From positions 4,652,001 through 4,716,000 of the forward strand of contig NW_024704743.1 of NCBI RefSeq assembly GCF_018977255.1: DNA of 64,000 nt, in the 5' to 3' direction. Below, one piece after another: positions 63,205-64,000 of this stretch. The notes under the pieces are model-generated. The model saw only the letters and a program-made list of their open reading frames with translations. It had not been told where the DNA came from and made no database searches. Source of the DNA: Callorhinchus milii (lineage: Eukaryota). Numbering within the stretch: the first letter of the stretch is position 1; each line of letters begins with the position of its first letter. The translations under genes were made by a program, and so were the position numbers.

Positions 63205-63386
63205 ATAAATTGGTCACTTCAAGCCATTTGTGGGACGCTGTTGTGCGCAATTGGCTGCTGCGTTTCGCCCCCAAAATATACAGTCAATTCACTTTACAGT
63301 ATATGCTGTGAAGCGCTTTGAGGCGTCTCGAAGACGTGATAAGGCGCTGTATCAAATGCAAGGATTATTATTATTATTATTATTAT
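63205..63386 (+). mobile_element. tRNA-Ala SINE 3' half with long (ATT)n tail
   Basis: aaattggtcacttcaa...gacgtgataaggcgctgtatcaaatgcaagg(att)n. Confidence 0.9.
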
Positions 63387-64000
63387 GTCTCACCCAAATC
63401 ATGAATTTCTGAATCACATGAATCACAGCTTCACCCCCTCCACTGGTCAATGCAATCTCCATATATTGGTGCAAAATTATAAACGTGTAATGAACTCTTC
63501 TGCAATAACCCGGGGCAGAGATAAGGTGACTTTGACATTCTGCTCAAAGTGTGCACACTCATCATTTCGTCTATTTGGGTGATTGGTGACGCATGCATTG
63601 TCAAGGCTCCTTCGCATATCGAGCAAGGCCACTAATTCGGATGGATTGTCAGAAGCGACGGGTGCCATTGTGTCAGTGTTTGTGTTTGTCGGTGATGAGA
63701 AGTGTGAGCTTTTGTGACTCCGATGTAACCGCCAATGTAAAATCCGAGATTATTTGAATGATTATTAAGCGACCGACTAATGTAAGTGAATGATTAATTT
63801 CGTAGTTCCAAACAATGCTGGTGATGGTTAGAATGTTACTTTGATGAAATAATGATCTTTAACAGTGACCTTTCCGATCTTCTACGTTGCCATTGCCAAT
63901 TTTACTCTTGACTAGGGTACCCTAACAGAAACTGTGATGAACATCATTATTACAGGATATTATGTGTAATCGATTACAAGGATTTTACCAAACATATTAG

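Larger units (their letters stand above)
1..64000 (+). other. DIP2C: Internal part of the DIP2C (disco-interacting protein 2 homolog C) gene: 3' part of intron 1 through intron 8
   Basis: Seven collinear phase-1 exons splice into GDITQKGYEKKKSKLLGAYLPQPPGVEPSLPQERRTP...DVHTEAVQAALAKHKERKMAVPMPSKRRS...ENHSAPPDVTTY...GVPVSSRVSAKIQQLVNTLKRPKRPPL...GKPLYILTYG, matching the DIP2C N-terminal region rather than DIP2A/B. Confidence 0.97.

Noticed and set aside
1..64000. CRISPR array, operon, defence system, or intact transposase/reverse transcriptase
   Set aside because: The recurring sequences are dispersed, diverged SINE/LINE copies in both orientations without regular spacing, and the LINE pieces are short, decayed 3' ends.

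Overview
This is eukaryotic (vertebrate) genomic DNA, most likely from a cartilaginous fish. The repeat landscape (tRNA-Ala SINE with an (ATT)n tail, Deu-domain SINE, CR1, L2, AmnSINE2-like relics) points to a holocephalan/chimaera; this assignment is inferred. The whole window lies inside one plus-strand gene, DIP2C. Seven short phase-1 coding exons (equivalent to exons 2-8) with GT-AG boundaries splice into a continuous reading frame; exon 1 and exons 9 onward are outside the window. The rest is intron packed with SINE/LINE fragments and microsatellites, and nearly all ORFs in the six-frame track are repeat-derived noise. I found no prokaryotic-type system (no CRISPR array, operon or intact transposase/RT). 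The most interesting observations are: (1) a probable DIP2C cassette exon in intron 5 (~55844-56015) that appears frameshifted, has a GC donor and abuts an antisense repeat; (2) palindromic Penelope-type elements carrying degenerate minimal hammerhead ribozymes on both strands; (3) an unclassified multi-copy element with a conserved stem-loop; (4) a modular SINE with two subtypes that forms several tight fold-backs in the pre-mRNA. Repeat family names come from recalled consensus sequences, not from a search, and repeat boundaries are approximate.
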